Virus record (IMG/VR): IMGVR_UViG_3300029705_000072
Length of the DNA: 42,995 bases
Strand: one strand, 5' to 3'
From: a virus
Lineage: Duplodnaviria > Heunggongvirae > Uroviricota > Caudoviricetes
The notes under the pieces were generated by a model. It worked only from the letters and a program-made list of their open reading frames with translations. It was not told the DNA's origin and did no database searches. Both the position numbers and the translations under genes were made by a program. Positions 1-9,800 of this stretch are shown piece after piece; the first letter of the stretch is position 1; each line of letters opens with the position of its first letter.

Positions 1-167
1 CCATCACCAAACTTGGTCATCACAACAGCAGGCTTGCTATCGGTCGCTTCAGAAACTAGGACGACCGCTTCTTCCCCCTCAAGTAAAACCGGATCTGCCG
101 TCATCCATTCCTCAAGGGTAGCGTACTTACTTAATACACGAACGTTGAAAGTCTTTTCATTCGGCAT
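1..167 (-). CDS. Tail fibre-like protein, N-terminal fragment (runs off window edge); Mtd_N/hyaluronidase-type anchor domain
   Basis: Not in ORF track. SD AAGGAG then ATG at 167; reads MPNEKTFNVRVLSKYATLEEWMTADPVLLEGEEAVV...KFGDG, paralogous to the N-terminus of 344..1966. Confidence 0.75.
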   Translation of the reverse strand, partial: MPNEKTFNVRVLSKYATLEEWMTADPVLLEGEEAVVLVSEATDSKPAVVMTKFGD

Positions 168-287
168 TAGTGAATCACTCCTTTACAAAAATTTTCATGT
201 ATAGAAACGAGCCTGGAACAAATGTGTCCAGGTCTATTAATTTTCAAAGTAATGGTGGCTTTCGCCATGTTTTCAAAAATGTAGAAT

Positions 288-311
288 CCCCGCCACAGTA
301 AAGTGGCGGGG
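288..311 (-). terminator. GC-rich hairpin, terminator-like (weak U tail)
   Basis: ccccgccac-agtaaa-gtggcgggg, perfect 9-bp stem just after the 344..1966 stop. Confidence 0.5.
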
Positions 312-343
312 TTCCAGACACATTATGTTAGCTTAAATTTAGC

Positions 344-1966
344 TTAGATATTCTTGGTTGCGGAACCGCAGTCCAGAACGATATAACCGGTAGCCTGAGC
401 CAGATCAGCAATGTCATGACCGTGGTCAGCTTCTGCCTTACCATCCCAAGCGGAAACCTTTTCAGCGGTAATACCGTCCAGAACGGTCTTGTTTGCGTGT
501 TCGTGAGCCTTGGAAACAGCATCATCCCAGCCGGTTACCTTATCGGCAGTAATACCGTCCAGAACGGTCTTGTTTGCATGGGTGTGTGCGCTGCCTTCCA
601 GAGTAGTCACGCGACCAGCCAGAGCGGTCAGATCAGCAGCCAGAGCATACTGACCAACATTCAGAGCGGTAATAGCGTCATCAACGTACTTCTTAACAGT
701 ACCTTCGCCTGCGGGAATATCCTTCAGCTGCTTCTGCAGAGCAACGATAGCTTCGTTCATTGCTGCTGCATCATCGGGATGGCTCTGAATCCATGCAGCG
801 ATTTCAGCCAGGGTATCCAGAGATTCCTTAGCATCTTCACCAATCAGCTGTGCGGCCAGTTCTTCGTTAGCAATAGTGCGAACGGACTTGTTAGCGTCTT
901 CGCCGATCAGGGTGTTAACCTTGCCTTCTGCGCCGGAAATACGACCTTCCAGTTCGGTCTTATCAGCTGCCTTCAGGTAATCGTCTTCAACAGCCTTTAC
1001 GCGAGCTGCGATAGCAGCATCCAGTTCAGCAGCCTTAGCTTCAGCAGCGGACTGAGCAGCAGTGATCTTGCCTTCCAGTTCGGTCTTGTCAGCTGCCTTC
1101 AGGTAGTCAGCTTCGATAGCATCGATAGCTTCTGCGTTAGCAGAAATCAGACCGCGAACTTCTTCGTCGTCATACTGAGAATCAGTGATCATCTGAACAA
1201 CGGTCTTGCCTTCGGTGGGTTCGCCAACCTTAGCAGCCAGAGCATCAACGTTGCCCTGAACGGCACTCTGTGCGTTGGAAATCTGAGTAGCAACTTCAGT
1301 CTTTACAGCCTTTTCAGCCAGAGCGGCTTCCAGACCGGTAACTTCGGTGATTTCATGACCGTGGGTCTTAGCAGCATAGGTGTTTGCCAGATCCAGAGCT
1401 TCGATGGACTTCTTGATTTCGTTCTTTACGGAACCAGCGGTAGCATCGTCGCCTTCCAGTACGTCCAGTCTGCCTTCAACGGCGTCCATTTCACCTTCCA
1501 GGGTGGTCACGCGACCAGCCAGAGCGGTGTCGTCATACTGAGTGAAGGAGAAAGCGCTGCCTTCTACGTCAACCCATTCGCCGCCCAGTTCCTTGGACTG
1601 CAGCTTGAAGCTGTTGTCAGCAACCTTAACAACCTTGTACTGGGTATTGGTGTCCTGAACCTTGCCGGAGATGTAGTCTGCCAGACCGTCGATTTCGTCA
1701 GCGGTGTATTCTGGCTTTTCGGAAGCCTTAGCCCAGTCATGAACGTCAGCAGCATATGCGGAAATGAAGTCCAGTTCGCTGTACTTCTTTTCGCCGTCGC
1801 CAACCTTTACCAGCAGGGCGGGTTCCTGATCAACAACGCCAGCTTCTGCGGGAACAACAACGATAGCCAGTTCGCCCTTCAGCAGAACGGGATCAGCTGC
1901 CAGCCATTCGGCATGGGTGTTGTACTTGTTACTTACTCTTACATTGAAAGTTTTTACATCAGCCAT
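344..1966 (-). CDS. Tail fibre protein (Mtd_N-like N-terminus, coiled-coil shaft, HxH repeats)
   Basis: W..ADPVLLKGE...KVGDG anchor motif; heptad-rich shaft; HTH/HEH/HGH motifs; SD GGAGG; strong codon bias; distal end of tail operon. Confidence 0.75.
   Translation of the reverse strand: MADVKTFNVRVSNKYNTHAEWLAADPVLLKGELAIVVVPAEAGVVDQEPALLVKVGDGEKKYSELDFISAYAADVHDWAKASEKPEYTADEIDGLADYISGKVQDTNTQYKVVKVADNSFKLQSKELGGEWVDVEGSAFSFTQYDDTALAGRVTTLEGEMDAVEGRLDVLEGDDATAGSVKNEIKKSIEALDLANTYAAKTHGHEITEVTGLEAALAEKAVKTEVATQISNAQSAVQGNVDALAAKVGEPTEGKTVVQMITDSQYDDEEVRGLISANAEAIDAIEADYLKAADKTELEGKITAAQSAAEAKAAELDAAIAARVKAVEDDYLKAADKTELEGRISGAEGKVNTLIGEDANKSVRTIANEELAAQLIGEDAKESLDTLAEIAAWIQSHPDDAAAMNEAIVALQKQLKDIPAGEGTVKKYVDDAITALNVGQYALAADLTALAGRVTTLEGSAHTHANKTVLDGITADKVTGWDDAVSKAHEHANKTVLDGITAEKVSAWDGKAEADHGHDIADLAQATGYIVLDCGSATKNI
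945..1108. repeat. 38-bp near-identical direct repeat (945-982, 1071-1108) in fibre gene
   Basis: ccttccagttcggtctt(a/g)tcagctgccttcaggta(a/g)tc twice; encodes DYLKAADKTELEG twice. Confidence 0.9.
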
Positions 1967-2019
1967 TTGGATTTATCCTCCTAAAAATGTGTAATAAAAT
2001 AGTGCCTCGCCTTATTGGC

Positions 2020-2772
2020 TTAGCACGCAAAAACGATTTCAGTGTTTTCGGGAATGAATAATTTGGTCATGTCGAGGCTATTAACCTCCATCTGACCGTC
2101 TTCATGCACGGTCACACTGTTTTCGGCCTTGCTACTGAGAACCAGGCCTGTTTGCTCTTCTGTCGCTACGGACGCAGATAAAATACCGTTTTCGTCAACG
2201 GACAGGTTTCCGCTGACACCCGTAATCGCTGGAAGAGCGTTCAGCTTTTGTAGTAATGCGTCAGGGATCAGCTGTTTGCCTTCTTCTTTATGAACGAACT
2301 TAGCATCAGCTTCCTCTTTGGTATGTGCATCCAGGATGCCGTAACCAGCAAGAGTAGTGGCGAGGTTGGCTTTGTTCTTAATTACGTTCGAAAGTTCTTC
2401 GGAAAGATCTTCGGAAGATACTTCGGATTTGTAAGCAAGACCGCCAATATCACCAGAACCAGAGGTGGATATGACTACCGGTTTAAAGTCTTTTTCTTTT
2501 GTTACTGTATAAGGCCGCCATTCACCGTCAACCTTGATAGCAATAATGTTACCAACGCAATCCCATTCTTCAGCCCACGCAAGTGCTTCTTCCATGGACT
2601 CGAACTTGTTGCGGTAAGCAACTTCTTTCATTACACCGTTCTTGTCATAGAAGAACAGCTCTGAATACTTATCGTGGTCACTAGTGAAGATAATACTATC
2701 CTTAGGAACTACGTTATTTAGGATAGCAGAATCGATTCTAGATCTGCGACCATATGCAACTCTTACGCCCAA
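2020..2772 (-). CDS. Tail-associated hypothetical protein
   Basis: 250-aa ORF, SD GGAGGTG, between baseplate and fibre genes. Confidence 0.7.
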   Translation of the reverse strand: MGVRVAYGRRSRIDSAILNNVVPKDSIIFTSDHDKYSELFFYDKNGVMKEVAYRNKFESMEEALAWAEEWDCVGNIIAIKVDGEWRPYTVTKEKDFKPVVISTSGSGDIGGLAYKSEVSSEDLSEELSNVIKNKANLATTLAGYGILDAHTKEEADAKFVHKEEGKQLIPDALLQKLNALPAITGVSGNLSVDENGILSASVATEEQTGLVLSSKAENSVTVHEDGQMEVNSLDMTKLFIPENTEIVFAC

Positions 2773-2790
2773 GCGATCACCTCCTCTCGT

Positions 2791-3519
2791 TTAGAAATGA
2801 ATGACATCGTCTGAATCGCCAGTTGAACCACCAGACGAACTGCCGCCGGAGCCGCCGGTATTGCCGGTGTCACCAGTGTCGCCGCCGGAGCCGCCGCCAG
2901 ATGAATCTTCGCCGGAGCCGCCGGAGCCGCTTCCGTCAAGAGACTCGTCGTCGAAGTCAATGACATCGTCATTGTTTTCCATAGAAGACAGGTTAACCTT
3001 GCTTCCGATAGGAGCGCCTTGTGCAGACAGTTGCAGGTACTGCTCTTCAGAGCTGTATATAATATCGTCGGCCTTCTTGGTTTCCAGATCGATCATGCGA
3101 GCCTCGAGAGACTTCAGCTGATCTGAATCCTTGTCGCACAGGAAGTCCGTAATATCCTTGGATTCGGTGATTGGTACCATAGTTGTGCCGGACTTTACGA
3201 CCACGTTGTCATACATATCGATTGCAGTCAGCCATACTTCGATATTGCCGGGTACCTTGGTGAATCTAGTTTCCACACTCAGGTGGAACTTGTAGTAGTC
3301 TTTGTTGTATGGTTCTGCGTCCATGATAAGTCCTTCGGATTTACCGCAGCCGTTAGGCAGGATATATCGCAGGAGCATATCACAGTCTGCAATGTTCTTT
3401 TCTTCGAAATATTTGGGAACGATGAAGACCAGGGTGTCAGCATTCTTTTCGCCCTGATAAATGGTCGAATGAATGGTGGTTGTCAGGCTCTTATCAGTTC
3501 CCATCTTAATAGCGTACAA
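2791..3519 (-). CDS. BppU-like baseplate/fibre adaptor with Gly/Ser-rich C-terminal tail
   Basis: IYQGEKNADTLVFIVP resembles BppU N-terminal domain; TTG start with GGAGG; low-complexity tail. Confidence 0.55.
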   Translation of the reverse strand: MYAIKMGTDKSLTTTIHSTIYQGEKNADTLVFIVPKYFEEKNIADCDMLLRYILPNGCGKSEGLIMDAEPYNKDYYKFHLSVETRFTKVPGNIEVWLTAIDMYDNVVVKSGTTMVPITESKDITDFLCDKDSDQLKSLEARMIDLETKKADDIIYSSEEQYLQLSAQGAPIGSKVNLSSMENNDDVIDFDDESLDGSGSGGSGEDSSGGGSGGDTGDTGNTGGSGGSSSGGSTGDSDDVIHF

Positions 3520-3550
3520 GTTTGTTTACCTCCTCTCTACTAAGATGTGG

Positions 3551-3784
3551 TTAGCCAGAAAAGCCGTTCTTCAGCATTCCCCATGTGAAAGGAGTGGTCT
3601 TTAGGCTCTCCGTATCTTCCTCAAGAGCATCAATGGCATCGCGATCCTCTTTTATAGCCGCGTCAATTTTCATCATGTTTGATGTCGACTGGTCACCGGC
3701 GAGTTCGGTTCTAAAGTCGATGAAGCGCTTGCTGGATTCTGATTCTGGAGTGAGTGTAAGACCAAGATTTGGAGATGTACTCAT
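3551..3784 (-). CDS. Small tail-region protein
   Basis: 77 aa, SD GGAGG; T.NLGL...NM.KID.A motif common at N-termini of phage fibre-associated proteins. Confidence 0.65.
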   Translation of the reverse strand: MSTSPNLGLTLTPESESSKRFIDFRTELAGDQSTSNMMKIDAAIKEDRDAIDALEEDTESLKTTPFTWGMLKNGFSG

Positions 3785-3794
3785 AATTGGCCTC

Positions 3795-4550
3795 CTATAA
3801 GGTTATATAATCGATTTCTGATAACGACACTGAATCCCAGGATGATAGTGATAGGTATCCGCCAGACCCCTGGTCTACTTCGGATAGTCTTCTGTATCTA
3901 ACCATGGATTCTATTGCGCTTGTATTCAGAGTGAGTGTGTTATTGCCAGCACCGGTAGTTTTGGATGTCGCCGTATTAACGCTACTGTCGAGCTTAATGA
4001 TTACAGACTCTGATAAGCTCTTTGTAGACATCCCACCTATAGTTGATGCATTCAACTCCAGTACGGCGTGTACTGGCTGGTAGACCGTCTTGCTGGCTTC
4101 TACCGATGACTGAATGACCGAAATGGTGTTGGTGCACGCTGCGTACAACGTTCTCAACGCTGACACCGTGCTTTCAAGCAGTTCGGACTCAGATGGTGCG
4201 AGCTGTGTATATTTGACCAACGAAACAGTTTCGATAACAGCGTCTAAACTTATGTCGTTAATCAAGTTCTTTACAGAAACAAGTTCGCTTACGGTACCAA
4301 GCGTGGTCGTTATTTCGAATGAGGTGTTTTCTGGCTGAATATATTTCCGAAGTGCAGCCAGGGCTTGGCTTGCATTCAGGAATATCGTCATCGATCCGGA
4401 GATGTCGGTTCGTCTTGTCAGGTATCTGATAATCAAATCGATTTCCTCAATCTTCTTATCGATAACAACCAGTAGCTCTTTAGTTTTATATCCAACTTGA
4501 ATGGAGTACTTGTGGTTGTTTTTACCTACAGTGACATCGTACTTCTGCAA
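3795..4550 (-). CDS. Hypothetical structural protein (Ser/Thr-rich)
   Basis: 251-aa ORF, TTG start with GGAGGTG, tail operon. Confidence 0.65.
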   Translation of the reverse strand: MQKYDVTVGKNNHKYSIQVGYKTKELLVVIDKKIEEIDLIIRYLTRRTDISGSMTIFLNASQALAALRKYIQPENTSFEITTTLGTVSELVSVKNLINDISLDAVIETVSLVKYTQLAPSESELLESTVSALRTLYAACTNTISVIQSSVEASKTVYQPVHAVLELNASTIGGMSTKSLSESVIIKLDSSVNTATSKTTGAGNNTLTLNTSAIESMVRYRRLSEVDQGSGGYLSLSSWDSVSLSEIDYITL

Positions 4551-4574
4551 CTTAGAACACCTCCGTTCTATTTA

Positions 4575-4982
4575 TTAAGAAGCAGCAGGGGGTTCTAAAG
4601 AAACTTTTAGTTGGTTGGCTTTGATTGTGATGACGGTATTAGGCTCTACCTTTCTGCTGATAGACAGATTGTTGTAGAACAAAAGGTTTCCGCCAGTAGC
4701 TGCGTCGAAAACAGCATAGTGTGTCATAGTACCCCAGTCGGTCTTGCTTTCGGGGAATGAAACTGCTGCTGAGTTTGTAATGACGCCGTTAGTGGGTTCG
4801 GATAAGTTGCTAAGTTGGACTCTTGCATATCCGGTCCCGATAGTTGATGGTTCGGTGCATGCGCCAGCCACGGTTGGAGTCGTACTGGAAAGACCGATAT
4901 AGTATGCGGTTGGAAGGGCAGGAGATGTCTTTGTTTTAAAAAGATTGCCCATTACCACATTCTGAAAATAAGTAGTATTCAA
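4575..4982 (-). CDS. Phage tail/baseplate protein (Gp80-like beta-sandwich)
   Basis: YIGLSSTTP...GYARV...SFP...WGTMTHYAVFDAATGGNLLFY motif typical of this family. Confidence 0.7.
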   Translation of the reverse strand: MNTTYFQNVVMGNLFKTKTSPALPTAYYIGLSSTTPTVAGACTEPSTIGTGYARVQLSNLSEPTNGVITNSAAVSFPESKTDWGTMTHYAVFDAATGGNLLFYNNLSISRKVEPNTVITIKANQLKVSLEPPAAS

Positions 4983-4995
4983 ATGTCTTCACCTC

Positions 4996-5367
4996 TTACT
5001 GTATGAATGCCTGATCAATGTTCCGCCGAATGTCGATTATGCCCTGACCGGGAATTTCGAACTCCTTGAACGTGTCGAGGATAGAAATTTGATATACATA
5101 TCGACCGTGCAGTCCAACGGTATTCTCTGACTTGATCTTCACGGACGCAACGCAAATAACACCGTCTTCGTTTTTTTCTAGCGTAGCTGGGATGACGAAT
5201 ATAGGTGAACCGTTTTTGTCGGCATAATTGACCACGGAGAACCGTACGGTACAACCGTTTGCATCAAACTCACCTCCAGAAGGAAGGACGAGATTGAAAT
5301 TGATGCTCTGTGTTTCTCCGCCGATGAACGAAAGCTCAGGTAAGTTGTAGATCGGATTACAAATCAT
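4996..5367 (-). CDS. Baseplate upper-type protein
   Basis: Start moved to ATG 5367 (SD GGAGGG); LHGRYVYQISI...QGIIDI resembles BppU-type fold; downstream of Dit. Confidence 0.55.
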   Translation of the reverse strand: MICNPIYNLPELSFIGGETQSINFNLVLPSGGEFDANGCTVRFSVVNYADKNGSPIFVIPATLEKNEDGVICVASVKIKSENTVGLHGRYVYQISILDTFKEFEIPGQGIIDIRRNIDQAFIQ

Positions 5368-5372
5368 CTTGC

Positions 5373-6179
5373 TTACCCTCCGATATTTACAGGGAATTCG
5401 CAAACAAACTTAATGGTCGCAGATGTTGCATTGATTTTCAGCACATTCTGCCCACGAACCATTCTGAAGAACTTTTTGTTAAAGCTATCGTATAGGTTCA
5501 TGCTGAGATTGTTTGTAATTACCTGGTTTTGATTGTCGATTGAAATAGAAAGGGGCGTGCCAGTCTGCAAGCCCGTGAATTTAAACTCTCTGTCGTTATC
5601 AGAAGTATTTACGATTGAAATATCGCCGCCAGCAGACGTTTCGATTACAATCTGCGGTCTGTAAAATCCGTTGTAAGTACTTCTGTTGTAAAGAACGAAG
5701 TCCGTTTCCCCAGAAACATCTACGGTCTTTACTTCCGGGAATGTGTATGCGAAAGGGGAGTCGCATGTTACGTTGCATGAAAACGCCCATGGCATATTGC
5801 CGTAAGTGATCATTTTCAGGTCGGTGATAATACACCGATATCTAAACGTTTCCATGTCGCTCTGCGAAATCTCTAGCCACTTCCATGTATCATGACCTAT
5901 CAGCCACGCAGCAATAGCCTCGACCTCAAAACGATCAAGATTTCTTGCCGCGTCCACCGACTCCATGTTTGCACCGAATACAAGTGTGTATTCAAGAGGT
6001 TGATTTTGTGTGAGCCCATACATCAGGGAGTCGTATCTACCGGCGATTCGATCTTCCTGAATCTCGCCTGGTTTAAACGATGAATCTCCCTGAGTGTTTG
6101 AACCAAAATCGTAAACCATCAGCCCGTACTCGCTGCAGGGGAGTCCATCGAACACGAATTCATATCCAAAGAAAGCCAA
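5373..6179 (-). CDS. Distal tail protein (Dit)
   Basis: F.FDG..CSEYGL N-terminus, F.CDSPFAY, FFRMVRGQNVL C-terminus; position after Tal. Confidence 0.75.
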   Translation of the reverse strand: MAFFGYEFVFDGLPCSEYGLMVYDFGSNTQGDSSFKPGEIQEDRIAGRYDSLMYGLTQNQPLEYTLVFGANMESVDAARNLDRFEVEAIAAWLIGHDTWKWLEISQSDMETFRYRCIITDLKMITYGNMPWAFSCNVTCDSPFAYTFPEVKTVDVSGETDFVLYNRSTYNGFYRPQIVIETSAGGDISIVNTSDNDREFKFTGLQTGTPLSISIDNQNQVITNNLSMNLYDSFNKKFFRMVRGQNVLKINATSATIKFVCEFPVNIGG

Positions 6180-6197
6180 TGGTTGTCCTCCTTGTTT

Positions 6198-6416
6198 TTA
6201 CTGATTTTCTTCGACGGAAGCTTCTTCGACGGCTTCTTCCTGTGTGGGAATGGGGTATTCGACAACCATAGCACTCACCATGCTGCGAATGTCGTCGAGT
6301 ACGCTCATGCATCCATACATAGAGCCAACGTCCTTGCGACCGGACACAGAGATAGTATCCATGGTCTTGATTACTGCGTCGATTCTTTCAATAATTTGCT
6401 GTTTTGCTGTATTCAT
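6198..6416 (-). CDS. Small hypothetical protein
   Basis: 72 aa, SD GGAG, co-oriented, fills gap. Confidence 0.6.
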   Translation of the reverse strand: MNTAKQQIIERIDAVIKTMDTISVSGRKDVGSMYGCMSVLDDIRSMVSAMVVEYPIPTQEEAVEEASVEENQ

Positions 6417-6439
6417 TTATTTCTCCTTTTATTCCTTAT

Positions 6440-6874
6440 TTACTTCATCTCAAACCAACTACCACTTGATCGAATAAACGTCGTCGCATTAACCCACACG
6501 CCGTTGTTTCTAACAAAAACTTCGGCAGGTCTTTGGTTTATATAGATATATCCTCCAGCAGCGGGTGGTTTTGGTGCAGTTCCGGATGTCTTAAACGTCT
6601 GAGCTCCTAGCCACGATGTGCTTTCCGTCCACTCTGTAGACGTGTTAGGGGCTACGTTCACAACATAGTCAGTACCAGCTACAAGGCCGGAAACAGTGAC
6701 AGTAAAACTTGTTGATTGGCCACCGGTTGACCATGAGTCATAAACTCCAGCCGTTTCCGTTGACTTTCTCACAAATACTCTGAAGTGTGTGTACCACGGA
6801 GTACTGCCTGCACTTTGTGATATAGTAATAGTTACGCTGTTATTTGTAACGGCAGATACTGTGAAACTAGCCAT
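6440..6874 (-). CDS. Fibronectin type III-like domain virion protein
   Basis: TVSAVTNNSVTIT...TVSGLVAGTDYVVNV matches the FN3 GL.PGT.Y.V.V signature. Confidence 0.6.
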   Translation of the reverse strand: MASFTVSAVTNNSVTITISQSAGSTPWYTHFRVFVRKSTETAGVYDSWSTGGQSTSFTVTVSGLVAGTDYVVNVAPNTSTEWTESTSWLGAQTFKTSGTAPKPPAAGGYIYINQRPAEVFVRNNGVWVNATTFIRSSGSWFEMK

Positions 6875-6889
6875 ATACCCACCGCCCTA

Positions 6890-9800
6890 TCATGATAATT
6901 TGAAATAGACCTGACCTTCGATAGCATCATCCGGCGGATCGTCGTACCCATAACCAGTACCGGGCGTTAAAGCAAAATAACCACCTATTTTTGTGTAACC
7001 GTCTGACGAGCATAACACAAACGCGGTTTCAGGTCCGTTTGCTATATATGTGTTGTACCCACTATTAGCCTTAACTCTTACGGAGTACTGGCTCTGTATA
7101 TCGAAAGCATATGTGTCGGTTTCTTTTAGAGAGATAGTGCCTACCTTACCTCCGCTTTTATCCAGCAGTGATATTTGATCGCCATATAAATTAGGGGAAT
7201 AAATATTTTGTGTATCTATATAGGTAAGGCCTTCCTTTGCGGCATCAGCGACCTCCTTTGCAACAGCGGCGTCCTTCTTTGCTTCTGAGGCTAGTGCATA
7301 TGAATCACTTCCGGTTTCGTCTATACTATCCCAGCTGATTGATGATCCAGCGCCCATATTGATGGCCCCTGTTATGGTGCCGTTGATCGTCACTTCGCCA
7401 TTAGTACTAACAACAAACGAAGGTGTATTGGTATTTTTGTTAATTATCGTCAAACCGTTTAATTCGAGATAATCAGACACAAATTTACCACCGGACATCA
7501 TATTAATACGATTCCCGTTGGAGTCGAGTGCGTAATAATTTGCACCAACAATGTCTCCTGAAAACGAGCCACTACTTGCAGTGAGATTTCCTTTGTCGTC
7601 CACGACAAACTTTCCGTCACCAATATTTATGCTACCGCCTGTGATAGTCCCGCCGCTAATTGTTCCGCCTGTGATTGTACTACTGCTAATGGATCCGGAA
7701 AACTCACTGTCAGTTGCTGTAATTTTCCCGGAAAACTCGCCGTCACAGCCCTCAAGTTTGCCTTTGATATGGATGTTGCCATCTGTATCTACCCAGAACT
7801 TAGCGTTTGCTTCGTTGAATGCGGTACCATCCGTATTGATTACTGGATATGTACCGATACCGAAGCCAAGGGTTGGATCGAGTATGATATGCCTATTATT
7901 CGAAACGATATCAAACTTAGCGTTATGAAGAACAGCGCCGTTCCCGTCTACCTTAAAAACAGAAACCCCGCCATCCTGCTTTTCGCTTTCAATAACTAGG
8001 TTCTTACCGGCTATCATCGTGCCAACAATATTTGGAGCAACCACACCCCATGAAGGAGCTACAGTAACGCCGTCGGACTTGAACTTCTTTACATTCTTAT
8101 CATAGAAGGCACCGATAGCCATCTTAGCGGTCTGCCAATTGTCGTCTGTGAAGACGATGCTGTTATTTATAATCGCAATCTGCTCGGGTTCGTATCCGCC
8201 ATTACCGTCAGACATACGGCAGTGAATGCCGCTCGAATCCCAACTGACAGCGATGTTGCTACTGGATAAAATGTTGTTTTTAGAAACATCGAGCGCAGAG
8301 GTCATAAAGTTCTTTACGTTTGTGGACGCTCCGCTGTCGATAAAACTGTTGTAACTATACCGCTCTGTGTTTACGGTTCTACCCATAGACACGCTTTGCT
8401 CGAGCAGATCTACAAGTTCAAACGATGGGTCGTTCGATTTGTAGCTATTGCTGAAGTTAAGCGATAAAGAACCTGCTTCACCGAAGTCGATTTTTGCACC
8501 AGTAAAAATAGGAGTCAGAACATTATCTCCATCTTCTGCATCGATATATATGTTATCGCCCAGCGTAAGAGCTTTCTTGAACGCCTCGAACTCCCTTAAT
8601 CTTAGGAAGTCTGCAGACGTTACGCTAAAGTTATATGACGGGTATGCCAGTCTATCCAGACATTCCTGCCCGTAATCATACAGATCCCACGCAACGGAAT
8701 GAGACTCGTATTCCGTAACATTCGTTGTAAAATAACTCTTTGCGGACGAGAAGTTGAGCGATACGGATGTACCAACCATGTATGAAACGCCAATTGTACC
8801 ATCTACTACGGTATCATCGGTAATCGATTCACACGTACCGGTTACGGTAATACAGCCGCTCTTAAACGCCTTGCCAAGAATCTCACCGTCGCCAATATAG
8901 CAGCTCAGTACGAATCTATTGGTGCTCTGGTTTCTTTCTAAAGATGCGCTGATTACCTTCGCAGAAAACGATCCGATGGGGGAGGGGACAGCAGCCTGTT
9001 CTGTAAATGTCACGGTTCCCTTTTTGATTGAGTAAGTATCTGAACCGCCGACCCTAAGAATTTTTGTTACTTCGCAACCGGAAAATGCGATGCTTTGCGA
9101 TCCTAAATCCGAGAAGATTCCTGCGTCCGAATAACTCTCTACAGGAGAGACTACAAAACTTGCCTCTTCAATTCCATCCTCGATGAAATATCTGTCAAGC
9201 GCCAAGAACTCTTCGCGTGTGAAATTGTTTTCTATGCTGACAGAGTTGATTATGGCAGTAAGTTCTTCTGTCAACGAAGATTTTTTATCCTCTATTTTTT
9301 TAATTAAAGCCTTCTGGTTGGTAATCTCTGCGTTTTTATCAGAGATCTTCGCATTCACTTCGGAAAGCTTTGTGTTAAACTCAGCGTAGTCAGCATGGTC
9401 GGATGTGATTGATGCTAGATACTGTACGTATGTTGACTTGCTGTTTTCTAAAACCGCAAGTTCCTCTTCAAGCTTCTTAAGGGCGTGCTGCTCTGTGAAT
9501 ATTTCGGAGGTCTTCAGCGTTCTGGAAACGGATGTATCGTAGAATAATTTTCTGTTATCATTGACTTTTTTCTTCCAAGCATTCCACTTATCAATCATTT
9601 CCTTCGTGAAGTAACTTTCATTCATGAAGTAATCTAGGTTGTAGATTTTATCCGTACCGAGCGGGTTTACCATTCTAATATCCAGACCATCCGCGCCTGC
9701 CACCGAAAGAACGGTTACAATATCCTCGGTGTTTTCTTCCACCTCAAATTCTTTAATCAGGTTTGATGTGGAAAGATACACAGGTTGTGTGGTTGGTTTT

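Noticed and set aside
1-1966. Diversity-generating retroelement target, suggested by the Mtd_N-like domain
   Set aside because: No reverse transcriptase and no adenine-variable TR/VR pair in the window; repeats are in the shaft
416-1984. 522-aa plus-strand ORF (also 18134..19006, 22831..24060, 23789..24352)
   Set aside because: Antisense shadows of highly codon-biased structural genes; no SD, nonsense composition
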